From NCBI GenBank assembly GCA_035308905.1, contig DATGFS010000048.1, positions 17,437 through 81,436 of the forward strand: a stretch of DNA of 64,000 nt, given 5' to 3'. Below are positions 56,476 to 64,000 of the stretch, one piece after another. The translations under genes and the position numbers were made by a program. The stretch comes from a bacterium. Its GTDB lineage: Bacteria > Sysuimicrobiota > Sysuimicrobiia > Sysuimicrobiales > Segetimicrobiaceae. Below the pieces are notes generated by a model. It was not told where the DNA came from and did no database searches. It was given only the letters and a program-made list of their open reading frames with translations. The first letter of the stretch is position 1, and the number at the start of each line of letters is the position of its first letter.

Positions 56476-57075
56476 TCAGCGCGCCGGTCCCGCCGGACTG
56501 GGCCCTCGAGCCGGAGCGCGATGGTGCGATCGGTAGGCCTGCGCCTTCATGCGGTTCCCGCAGATCGACATGACGCACCACCGGCCGGAGCGGTTTTTCG
56601 AGTGGTCGTAGAACGCCCAGTGGCAGCGCCGGCACGCCTTCAGCCGGTCCCACGTCCCGTCCATCTGCGCGGCCATCGCGGCGGCCAGCAGGCGTCCCAG
56701 CGCGCCGACCACCCCCGCGGCCTCCGGTTCCAGCCGCATCGTCCCGTCGCGCCGGAACCGGATGACGAGGCGCGCATCCCGGGCGAGACGGCCGAGCGCC
56801 GCGGCGGCCGCGCCGCCCGCGGGCACGCGGTTGTGTGCGAGGGTGAGCCGCCGAAGGGCTTCGCGGACCTCCAGCGCGCGCCGCAGATCGGCGCCGCCGA
56901 CGCGCGCGGTGCGCTCGAGCAGCCCGTGCGCCGCCAGCCACCGGCGGAGATCGGCCGGTGCGACGAACTCGTCCGTGCGCAGGCCGAGGTGCGACCGCTC
57001 GACGTTGTAGGTGTTGATGAACTGCTGCACCAGGCGCAGCGCTCGCGGCGCCGGCCGCCGTCCCCCCGGTTCCAT
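56476..57075 (-). CDS. CGNR zinc-finger / ABATE domain protein (putative regulator)
   Basis: LVQQFINT; RLKACRRCHWAFYDHSKNRSGRWC.M..CGNR.K; ATG 57075 has GGAGG SD. Confidence 0.92.
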   Translation of the reverse strand: MEPGGRRPAPRALRLVQQFINTYNVERSHLGLRTDEFVAPADLRRWLAAHGLLERTARVGGADLRRALEVREALRRLTLAHNRVPAGGAAAAALGRLARDARLVIRFRRDGTMRLEPEAAGVVGALGRLLAAAMAAQMDGTWDRLKACRRCHWAFYDHSKNRSGRWCVMSICGNRMKAQAYRSHHRAPARGPSPAGPAR

Positions 57076-57138
57076 CCGCACCCCTCCGTTCTGCCGGTCC
57101 CATCGTAGCACGGCCGACGGGCGCCGGAGCAGGAGGGA

Positions 57139-57165
57139 TAACCTATGTTATAAAATTGATGGTTA
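57139..57165. promoter_or_regulatory. AT-rich TAACC-N17-GGTTA inverted repeat in the divergent promoter
   Basis: TAACC-tatgttataaaattgat-GGTTA, strikingly AT-rich against the GC background. Confidence 0.5.
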
Positions 57166-57190
57166 CTTGAACCGTGCGAGGTCCAGGCGT

Positions 57191-57979
57191 ATGCGACGGC
57201 TGGTGGCGCTGCTTCTGGTTGTTGCCGCACTTCCGTTCACCGCCCGTTCCGGCAGGGCCCAGGACGTGAGCGGTCTCTATCAGGCGACGGCGATCGTTAC
57301 GGGCTCGGACCGGCGCTACCGCAATGTCGGATTCGCGCGGTGCCTGCGGGAGGTGCTGGTGAAGGTCTCCGGGGAGCCCCGGCTCGGCCGCGATCCGCGG
57401 GTCGACCGGCTGGCCGCGGAAGCGAATATCTTCATCGGATCCTTTACCTACGTGGATCAGATGGCCGGCATCAAGCACAAAGACGACCAGGGAACCTATG
57501 ATCGGCCGTTCGATCTCACCGTGCGCTTCGTCCCGGCGCTGATCGACAAGATCCTCGCGGATCTGGGAGAACGGCCGTGGCCCGGTGCGCGGCCGGCGAT
57601 CGTGCCGGTGCTCACGATCCGCGGCTACAGCACCGCCTACGCGCTGACCGCGGAGACGCCCGCGGGAGCCGACCTGCGGACCTCCTTCGCCGCCATCGGG
57701 CGCGACTTCGGCATGCGGGTGCGGTTCCCGGCCGCGTCCGAGTTCGACGCCGCGGGCGCGGCGGGCCCCTCGACGGGGCAGTCCTCACCCGGCGACGCGG
57801 TCGTCGCCGGCACGCTGGTCTTCGAACGGACGCTCCCGGGGTGGGTCGGGGCGTGGCAGATGCGGTACGGCGGGGTCGACTACGCGTGGGGCATTCGCGG
57901 CGTCAACTTCGACGAGGCGTTCCGCGACGTCGTGCGCGGCGTGGTGCGGGTCGCATCCGGGCACGGCGCGCCGGATTGA
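57191..57979 (+). CDS. DUF2066-like secreted protein
   Basis: Signal peptide; LYQATAIVTG...R..GFARCLREVLVKVSG, L.VRF....ID..LA.LG..PW...RP. Confidence 0.7.
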   Translation: MRRLVALLLVVAALPFTARSGRAQDVSGLYQATAIVTGSDRRYRNVGFARCLREVLVKVSGEPRLGRDPRVDRLAAEANIFIGSFTYVDQMAGIKHKDDQGTYDRPFDLTVRFVPALIDKILADLGERPWPGARPAIVPVLTIRGYSTAYALTAETPAGADLRTSFAAIGRDFGMRVRFPAASEFDAAGAAGPSTGQSSPGDAVVAGTLVFERTLPGWVGAWQMRYGGVDYAWGIRGVNFDEAFRDVVRGVVRVASGHGAPD

Positions 57980-58023
57980 CCCAGGACGGATCCCGATCGC
58001 GGGCGTCCTAACCGCGCGTCAAT

Positions 58024-58263
58024 CTACGCGTCGTCGTATCGGTCGTATCCCGAGGGATCTTTCACGATCTTCGCCGGTTTCTCGCCGAGCACTTTCTTCA
58101 GGAGGTCGAGCGCGTTCCGTTTCGATTCTTCGGCGCTCTCGTCCATCGCCTTGCCCGCTTCCTGGAAGGTCTTGTTGGTGACCGACTTTCCTGTGGGTTC
58201 GGCTCCGGCGTGCCCCGCTCCCATGGGGTTGTCCGGCATCTTGCATCCGCAGTTGTAACACAT
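58024..58263 (-). CDS. Small Cys-rich hypothetical protein (MCYNCGC...), 79 aa
   Basis: Clean high-complexity ORF; N-terminal CxxCxC; ATG 58263 (GTG 58281 alternative). Confidence 0.7.
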   Translation of the reverse strand: MCYNCGCKMPDNPMGAGHAGAEPTGKSVTNKTFQEAGKAMDESAEESKRNALDLLKKVLGEKPAKIVKDPSGYDRYDDA

Positions 58264-58402
58264 CGCTTTACCCACCCCCAACCGGTTTCCGGCGCGGCCC
58301 GACCGTCGCGCCTGGACTCGCTTGTACTTTCTCCTTCGGCGTCGATGATTAACCGACCCTCAACCGAGGACGTCGCACCGCGCCCGGCGTATCTGATCCG
58401 GC

Positions 58403-59569
58403 ATGAAGAACAACGCAGCCCGCGCGTCGCAGTTCACAAGGATCGGTTACCTCGACATCCCCGGCGGCGGCCAGGTAGTTGTCGACGGCCGCTGGGCCTA
58501 CGTCGGGCATATGGCGCCGCCGCACGGCACCAGCATCATCGACGTCGCCGACCCGCGCGCGCCGCGGCTCGTGGCGGAGATCTCGATCCCGGGCAACATC
58601 CACTCACACAAAGTGCGCGTGCTCGGCGATCTCATGCTGGTCAACCACGAACGGTACCCGTCGCACGGCGCGGGCCCGTCGGGCGCCCCCGTGGATGAGC
58701 CCGCGGTGGGCCTCACGCTCTACGACATCGCGGATCGCGCGAAGCCGCGTCCGATCGGCCGGTTCCCCACCGCGGCCCGCGGCGTCCACCGCTTCGACCT
58801 CGCCGGGACGCGCGTCTTTCTCTCGACGGAGTGGGAAGGCTTCTCGACCAACATCCTCTCCATCGTGGACGTGGCGCGCCCGGCGCATCCCGAGCTGGTG
58901 AGCCGGTGGTGGCTGCCCGGCCAGCACGTCGCAGCCGGTGAGCGGCCGCCGATCGGCGGCCGCCATTATTGGATGCACCTAGCGCTCGCCCGCGGCGAGC
59001 GGGCCTACGCGGCGTGCGGGCAGGCCGGCGCTGTGATCATCGACATCTCGGATCTGCGCGCGCCCCGTACGATCGGCTCGGCGGCCTGGAACCCGCCGTA
59101 CACGTCTCCGACGCACACCGTCCTGCCGCTGCCGCATTCGATCCGCGGCCGCCGGTTCGCCGTTGTCACCGACGAAGACGTCACGGACGACGTCCTCGAG
59201 GATCCGCCGGCGTTCATGTGGGTGCTCGACATCACGAACGAAGCGCGCCCGGTGCCGGTCGCGACCTATCAGGCGGATCCGGAGGGTCTCGTCGTGCCGG
59301 GCCGCCGGTTTGGGGCGCACCAGCCGTGGGAGGACGTGGGACCGGACAACGTCGTCTTTCTCGCCTGGTTCAGCGGCGGCGTGCGCGCGGTCGACGTCTC
59401 GAACCCCTACGCGCCGCGCGAGGTGGGCTGCTACGTGCCCCCGGCGCCGGACGGCGAGCCCGCGCCGCAGACCAACGACATCTTCGTCGACGGCCGCGGC
59501 CTCGTCTATGCGATCGACCGGTACCGCGGTCTCAGCGTCCTCGAGTTCGCCCCGTACGCGGCCAGGTAA
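58403..59569 (+). CDS. LVIVD-repeat beta-propeller protein (copy 2)
   Basis: Collinear with 23457..24596, sharing HSHKVRV, GVHRFDL, THT.LP, FGAHQPWE and QTNDIF. Confidence 0.87.
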   Translation: MKNNAARASQFTRIGYLDIPGGGQVVVDGRWAYVGHMAPPHGTSIIDVADPRAPRLVAEISIPGNIHSHKVRVLGDLMLVNHERYPSHGAGPSGAPVDEPAVGLTLYDIADRAKPRPIGRFPTAARGVHRFDLAGTRVFLSTEWEGFSTNILSIVDVARPAHPELVSRWWLPGQHVAAGERPPIGGRHYWMHLALARGERAYAACGQAGAVIIDISDLRAPRTIGSAAWNPPYTSPTHTVLPLPHSIRGRRFAVVTDEDVTDDVLEDPPAFMWVLDITNEARPVPVATYQADPEGLVVPGRRFGAHQPWEDVGPDNVVFLAWFSGGVRAVDVSNPYAPREVGCYVPPAPDGEPAPQTNDIFVDGRGLVYAIDRYRGLSVLEFAPYAAR

Positions 59570-59981
59570 CGACCCGCACCGGCGTGACGGCGAGCACGGG
59601 GCGCTCTTCGAGGCGCATCGTCCGGTACTGACGGTACTTCAGCCGGAGCGCACGCAGCGCCGCGGCATGCCCGGCCGCGCCCGGCCGCAGCACGCGCGCG
59701 GTGCCGAAGACGAGGACGTACCAGAGGCGCCGCCAGTCCTCCCGATACGCGTCGACGACTAGGGCGACGTGCGGATTGGCGACGATGTTGCGGACCCGCT
59801 TGAGGCGCAACGGGGCCGCGCGCTTCGGTTTCTCGTCGATCGGGGTGTAGAGGCGCCGGCCGACGGCCGCGAAGCAGATCGGAACAACGTGCGGACGGCC
59901 GCGCCGGTCCGCGGTGGCGAGCCGAGCCACGCGCGCGCGGGCGAGGACGATCCGCAGACCCGCTACGCGGAGCCCAGCCAC
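59532..59981 (-). CDS. PPOX-class (Rv0121-like) split-barrel oxidoreductase, possibly F420-dependent
   Basis: VARLATAD..G.PHVVPICFA, YTPIDEKPK, R.RNI.ANP.VAL.VD.Y.EDW..LW.V; start uncertain. Confidence 0.85.
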   Translation of the reverse strand: MAGLRVAGLRIVLARARVARLATADRRGRPHVVPICFAAVGRRLYTPIDEKPKRAAPLRLKRVRNIVANPHVALVVDAYREDWRRLWYVLVFGTARVLRPGAAGHAAALRALRLKYRQYRTMRLEERPVLAVTPVRVVTWPRTGRTRGR

Positions 59982-60850
59982 CGCTCGGCCAATGTGATGA
60001 GGGCGGTGTGGTCCTCGGCGGCCAGACCGGCCTGAGATGCGGCCCGCCAAGCCTGCCGCACCACCTCGCCCAGGATCATCGGGACGTCGAGACCCGCGGC
60101 CACGTCGAGGCAGATGTCGAGGTCCTTCAGGTACTGCGCGACCGTGAAGCCGGCGGTAAAGCGGCGCGGCAGCATGTGCTGGGCGACCTTGTTCTCCGTC
60201 GTGTAGCTGCGGCCGGTCGAGCGGTTCACGGCCTCGAGCATCCGCTCGGGCGCGAGTCCCGCCCGCCGGGACAGGGCGACGGCTTCGACGGCGCTCCAGA
60301 TCGTCGTCGCGGACATGAGGTTGTTGATCGTCTTGGCGACGTCGCCGTCTCCGGGCGCGTCGCCGACGTGGACGATCCGGCCGAAGACTTCCAGGACCGG
60401 CCGCTGCGATTCGAGGAGCGCCGCGGGCCCGCCCACCATCACGCACAGCGTGCCCTGCTCGGCGCCCCGCACGCCGCCGGAGACCGGCGCGTCCAGGACG
60501 CCGACGCCGCGGCCGGCGAGGTCTGCCGCCAGCCGGCGCGTCACGCCCGGATGCGAGGACGTCATCTCGAGGAGCGTCTGCCCGGCGCGGACGGCCGCCA
60601 CCAGGCCGTCTTCGCCGTACACGGCGCGCTCCACCGCCGGGCCGTCCGGCAGCATCGTGATGATCACGCCGGCGCGGCCGATGGCGTCGCCGATGCTCCC
60701 CGCGGCCGCCGCGCCGCCGGCGCGGGCGGCCGCGACCGCCTCCTCGCGAATGTCGTAGGCCGCCACCTCGTAGCCGGCGCCGATCAGGCGCCTGACCATC
60801 GGCTGTCCCATCCGGCCTAATCCGATAAACCCGATCCGGTTAGTCACCAT
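59963..60850 (-). CDS. NAD(P)-dependent beta-hydroxyacid dehydrogenase (MmsB/GarR family)
   Basis: GFIGLGRMG, DAPVSGG..GA..GTL.VMVGG, K.INN, KDL. Confidence 0.93.
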   Translation of the reverse strand: MVTNRIGFIGLGRMGQPMVRRLIGAGYEVAAYDIREEAVAAARAGGAAAAGSIGDAIGRAGVIITMLPDGPAVERAVYGEDGLVAAVRAGQTLLEMTSSHPGVTRRLAADLAGRGVGVLDAPVSGGVRGAEQGTLCVMVGGPAALLESQRPVLEVFGRIVHVGDAPGDGDVAKTINNLMSATTIWSAVEAVALSRRAGLAPERMLEAVNRSTGRSYTTENKVAQHMLPRRFTAGFTVAQYLKDLDICLDVAAGLDVPMILGEVVRQAWRAASQAGLAAEDHTALITLAERWLGSA

Positions 60851-60936
60851 AGCGCCTGTATTTCTGTGCCGCGCGGATCAGTTCATGCGGGGACGGCCGT
60901 ATCGGGTCGGGACCCTATGCGGCGTCACGGCAAATC

Positions 60937-60968
60937 GCCATCCCAGGCTGGCGGCCTTTCGGGATGGC
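60937..60968 (+). other. Bulged hairpin in the leader of the cupredoxin operon
   Basis: GCCATCCC-AGGC-tggcg-GCCT-ttc-GGGATGGC. Confidence 0.35.
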
Positions 60969-61060
60969 CGCGGGCCGCCCCGGGACTAGAGTACAGATAA
61001 CGGCGGTGGGAACAGCGCCGCTCGAGACGCACCGGTCCACCATAGAGAGGGGAGACGGCC

Positions 61061-61600
61061 ATGATGACGGCGAGACTGGCAAGAGTGATCCAGCGGGGGC
61101 TCGTAGTGGCGGTCATCGCCGGAGCCGTGGCGATGGTTCCGGGGACGGCGGGCCTGGCCGCCGCGGCGCATACCGTCGACATCTCGATCGTCGCGGGGAA
61201 AGACGCGGCCGGTGGGGGGTTCGATTTCAACGGCTACCGCAACGGCGCGATGACGATCACCGTGCCCGTCGGCTGGCAGGTCGCCGTGCACTTTGTGAAC
61301 GTCAACGACCTGCCGCACAGCGTGGCCGTGCTGGCGGTCGGCGCGGACAAGTCGCCGGCGCCGGGCGGGAGCCCCGTCTTCTCGGGCGCCACGACCAAGG
61401 ACCTCGCCGGCGGACTTCCCAAGGGCGGGAAGCAGACCTTTACCTTCGAGGCCTCAAAGGCCGGGACGTACGAGTTCGTGTGCGGCGTGTCCGGACATGC
61501 GGTCGCCGGGATGTGGGACAAGCTGGTCGTCTCGGCCTCGGCCGAGGCGCCGAGTGTGACGCCGGCCGGCGCGGCGACGCTCACGGTGGGCGGCAACTAA
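61061..61600 (+). CDS. Sulfocyanin/rusticyanin-like type-1 blue copper protein, exported
   Basis: Signal peptide; FDFNGY..G.M.I.VP.GW.V, LPHS, YEFVCGVSGHAVAGM (Cx4Hx4M). Confidence 0.9.
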   Translation: MMTARLARVIQRGLVVAVIAGAVAMVPGTAGLAAAAHTVDISIVAGKDAAGGGFDFNGYRNGAMTITVPVGWQVAVHFVNVNDLPHSVAVLAVGADKSPAPGGSPVFSGATTKDLAGGLPKGGKQTFTFEASKAGTYEFVCGVSGHAVAGMWDKLVVSASAEAPSVTPAGAATLTVGGN

Positions 61601-61618
61601 GTCGAGAACGGAAGCGGG

Positions 61619-61658
61619 GGGCCCGGCGGGGGCCGCGCGTCGCGCGCCCGCCGGGCCC
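61619..61658 (+). terminator. 12-bp GC hairpin after the sulfocyanin gene
   Basis: GGGCCCGGCGGG (61619-61630) and CCCGCCGGGCCC (61647-61658). Confidence 0.55.
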
Positions 61659-61688
61659 GGTTACACCAAGCTGAGGGGAGGCAGGCTG

Positions 61689-62147
61689 ATGAGAGGCCGA
61701 CGGTACCTGGCGATGGTGGCGGGCGGGGTGATCCTCGTGGCCGGTCTCTTCGCGGTCCGGCTGGGCGCCTCTCCGCTGCCGCACCCGCGGACCATCACGC
61801 TCGAGGCATCGCAGTGGCGGTACACGCCCGGCATCGTGACCGTGAACGAGGGCGATCCCATCACCCTCATTATCAAGGCCAGCGACGTGACGCACGGATT
61901 CTACCTCGACGGCTACAACGTGACCGAAACGGTCGTGCCCGGCCAGACGATCACCGCGCGGTTCGTGGCGACACGGAGCGGGCGGTGGATGTTCCGCTGC
62001 GCCGTGACCTGCGGTCCGTTCCATCCCTACATGATCGGCTGGCTGCGGGTGCAACCCAACGTCACGCTGCGCTTGGGCCTGCTGGCGCTCGGCGCGATCG
62101 GCGCCACCGCGCTGTACGCGGCGTGGGAGGAGGGAAGCGGACGATGA
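61689..62147 (+). CDS. CuA-type cupredoxin (Cox2-like domain) with N- and C-terminal hydrophobic segments
   Basis: DVTHGF...FRCAVTCGPFHPYM (H...CxxxCxxxHxxM). Confidence 0.88.
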   Translation: MRGRRYLAMVAGGVILVAGLFAVRLGASPLPHPRTITLEASQWRYTPGIVTVNEGDPITLIIKASDVTHGFYLDGYNVTETVVPGQTITARFVATRSGRWMFRCAVTCGPFHPYMIGWLRVQPNVTLRLGLLALGAIGATALYAAWEEGSGR

Positions 62148-63613
62148 GCGCGGAGAAACGGGTGGTGGCCCGCACGGCGACGGCCGAGGCGGTGGACGCG
62201 CCGGCGGCGCCGCGCGACGTCTTCCTCGGATTCGTGCCGGTGGACGCGCGCCTCGAGCTGACCAAGGCGCCGTGGCTGCGGCGCCTGCTGCGAAGCCGCT
62301 GGACGACCTTTCTGCCGACGGCGCTGAACCTCTTTCTGTTCCTCGTGATCCTCGCCGCGGGCATCGTGGGGACGCCCGTCGGCAACGCGAACATCGCGAT
62401 CGTCTTCATCTGGATTTTGTGGTGGTCCGCGCTGATGCTGGTGCTCGTGCCTTTCGCGTCCCGCCTGTGGTGCGGGATGTGCCCCCTGCCGGTGCTCGGC
62501 GAATGGGTGCAGCGGTTTTCGCTGGTGGCGCGCCGGTGGCACAAGCCGCTCGGCCTCTCGATCAAATGGCCCAAGAAGCTCCGCAGCATGTGGCTCGTGA
62601 ACGGCGTGTTTCTCGGCGTCGCCGCGTTCAGCGGGATCATCACCACACGGCCCTGGGCGACCGTGGCGCTCCTCGGCTCGATCATGGTCCTCGGCACGGG
62701 ACTCTTCCTCGTCTACGAGCGGCGGACGTTCTGCCGCTATCTCTGTCCCGTCGGCGGCTTCCTCGGCCTGTACGCCAACTTCGCCGCGATCGAAATCCGG
62801 CCGAAGAGCCAGCCGGTCTGCGTGGGCCACAAGTCCAAGGAGTGCATCCTCGGCAGCATGGCGGGGCACGGCTGCCCGTGGCTCGAGCAGCCGACCAACC
62901 TCAAGCGCAATACCTACTGCGGGATGTGCTTCGAGTGCTTCCGCTGCTGCTCGCAGGACAACATGGGCCTGTACGTCCGGCCGTTCGGCACGGATCTGCT
63001 CGTGGAGTCGCACCGCGGCCTCGACGAGTCCTGGAAGGCCTTCATCATGCTCGGCGCGGCGGCCGTATACTCCGCGACGATGATGGGACCGTGGGGCACG
63101 CTCAAGGACATGGCAAACTTGCGGTCGTTCGGCGGGTGGGCGCTCTTCGCCGTCGGGCTCATCACGGTGCTGGCCGGCGTGCTGCCCGCGCTGCACGGCG
63201 CGTCCGCCTGGCTGTCCTGGCGTCTGGCGGGGCGCACCGTGCCGCTCAAGAAAGTGTTCACGAACTTCGCCTACCACCTGGTGCCGATCGGCCTGCTCGC
63301 GTGGATCGGATTCAGCTTCGCGATCCTGCTGCCGAACGGATCCTACGTGATCCGGGTCATCTCCGATCCCTTCGGCTGGGGCTGGAACCTCTTCGGCACG
63401 GCGCACTTTGCCTGGACCCCGGTGCTGACGAGCTGGCTGCCGGCGCTGCAGGCCGCCTCGCTGCTGTTCGGGTTCGTCTACTCGCTCGATGTGGCGTGGA
63501 AGATCGCCCGTCAAACGTTCCCCGCGCCGGCCGCCGCGGCCCGCGCGGTGGTGCCGCAGATCGTGCTGCTGGGCGGGATCACGGCGGCGTTCCTCTGGCT
63601 CTTCGTCGGGTAA
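62144..63613 (+). CDS. Membrane-bound polyferredoxin (NapH/MauN/NosR C-terminal-like 4Fe-4S binding protein)
   Basis: Many TM helices; WCGMCP and FCRYLCP (CxxxCP) motifs; CVGH...C, GCP, YCGMCFECFRCC. Confidence 0.88.
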   Translation: MSAEKRVVARTATAEAVDAPAAPRDVFLGFVPVDARLELTKAPWLRRLLRSRWTTFLPTALNLFLFLVILAAGIVGTPVGNANIAIVFIWILWWSALMLVLVPFASRLWCGMCPLPVLGEWVQRFSLVARRWHKPLGLSIKWPKKLRSMWLVNGVFLGVAAFSGIITTRPWATVALLGSIMVLGTGLFLVYERRTFCRYLCPVGGFLGLYANFAAIEIRPKSQPVCVGHKSKECILGSMAGHGCPWLEQPTNLKRNTYCGMCFECFRCCSQDNMGLYVRPFGTDLLVESHRGLDESWKAFIMLGAAAVYSATMMGPWGTLKDMANLRSFGGWALFAVGLITVLAGVLPALHGASAWLSWRLAGRTVPLKKVFTNFAYHLVPIGLLAWIGFSFAILLPNGSYVIRVISDPFGWGWNLFGTAHFAWTPVLTSWLPALQAASLLFGFVYSLDVAWKIARQTFPAPAAAARAVVPQIVLLGGITAAFLWLFVG

Positions 63614-63624
63614 AGGAGGCCGAG

Positions 63625-64000
63625 ATGCGAACCTTCATGAGGGCGGTATCGATCTGGGGACGGCGGAGGCTGTTCCAGCTCCGCGCGGTCGGAACCGGCG
63701 AGATCGTCGCGCTGGCCGTCGTGGCGGTGGTCCTCGTGGTGGGCCCGGCGAGCGTCTTCGCGTACGGGCGGTGGATGGACCGGCACGTCGCCGTGGTGCA
63801 CGCGCGGCAGTGGCAGTACGCGCCCAATGTGCTGCACGCGACGGCCGGGGTGCCGCTGCGGATCCGGCTGGAGTCGGACGACGTCGTGCACGGATTCAAG
63901 GTCATCGGGCTGGACGCCCAGGTGACCCAGCTGATTCCCGGGAAATCAATGGAGTTGACCGTGACGGCGCCGAAGCCCGGTACCTACCTCTACATGTGCA
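63625..64000 (+). CDS. Second Cox2-like cupredoxin (3'-truncated by window edge)
   Basis: AAGGAGG SD; one TM helix; ARQWQY.P, SDDVVHGF, PGTYLYMC at the edge; not in the ORF track. Confidence 0.85.
   Translation, partial: MRTFMRAVSIWGRRRLFQLRAVGTGEIVALAVVAVVLVVGPASVFAYGRWMDRHVAVVHARQWQYAPNVLHATAGVPLRIRLESDDVVHGFKVIGLDAQVTQLIPGKSMELTVTAPKPGTYLYMC

Noticed and set aside
60920-61000. c-di-GMP-I (GEMM) riboswitch suggested by GGCAAA plus hairpin
   Set aside because: No GNRA-capped P2 or GACGCAAA junction visible; kept only as an unassigned hairpin (an Infernal scan would settle it)
60925-61230. 101-aa minus-strand ORF (and 60964..61674 on plus)
   Set aside because: Overlaps the sulfocyanin gene and its leader; no motifs or SD support
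61689-62147. Calling it coxB/ctaC of a cytochrome c oxidase
   Set aside because: Too short, lacks the two N-terminal TM helices, and is followed by a polyferredoxin rather than subunit I

Overview
GC-rich bacterial genomic window, roughly 70% GC by eye, densely coding and mostly accessory catabolic genes. I found no rRNA, tRNA, CRISPR array or transposase. Contents in order: (1) a Liv-type ABC transporter, a DUF1989 protein, an LLM oxidoreductase and a 2-oxoacid dehydrogenase E1 alpha/beta pair; (2) a minus-strand operon pxpA-like > lone Mo-hydroxylase large subunit > LLM > two-subunit CoA-transferase; (3) a cysteine-synthase-family gene; (4) a minus-strand cluster MOSC > SDR > solute-binding protein > AhpD-like > HAD > hypothetical; (5) a secreted VEHD-repeat peptide beside an ECF sigma/zinc anti-sigma pair; (6) a ~32 kb catabolic island with a PucR regulator, an LVIVD propeller, three ABC systems, three amidohydrolase_2 paralogues, a ureohydrolase, three tandem-Dabb proteins, two M24 enzymes, a cysteine hydrolase, two MDR dehydrogenases and a cyclic amidohydrolase; (7) an ECF42 sigma/DGPF locus; (8) the start of a sulfocyanin/CuA-cupredoxin/polyferredoxin electron-transfer cluster. 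Best hidden signals: the ORF track splits the AhpD-like gene at an in-frame TGA that completes a CxxU motif and is followed by a SECIS-like hairpin, so it is a probable selenoprotein; three copies of TGTCGA-N16/17-CGACTA outline a local ECF42 regulon; paired GTGC-N5-GCAC sites follow the PucR gene; and the 4x VEHD repeat peptide has no family I recognise. Product names come from motif recognition only; no database search was run.
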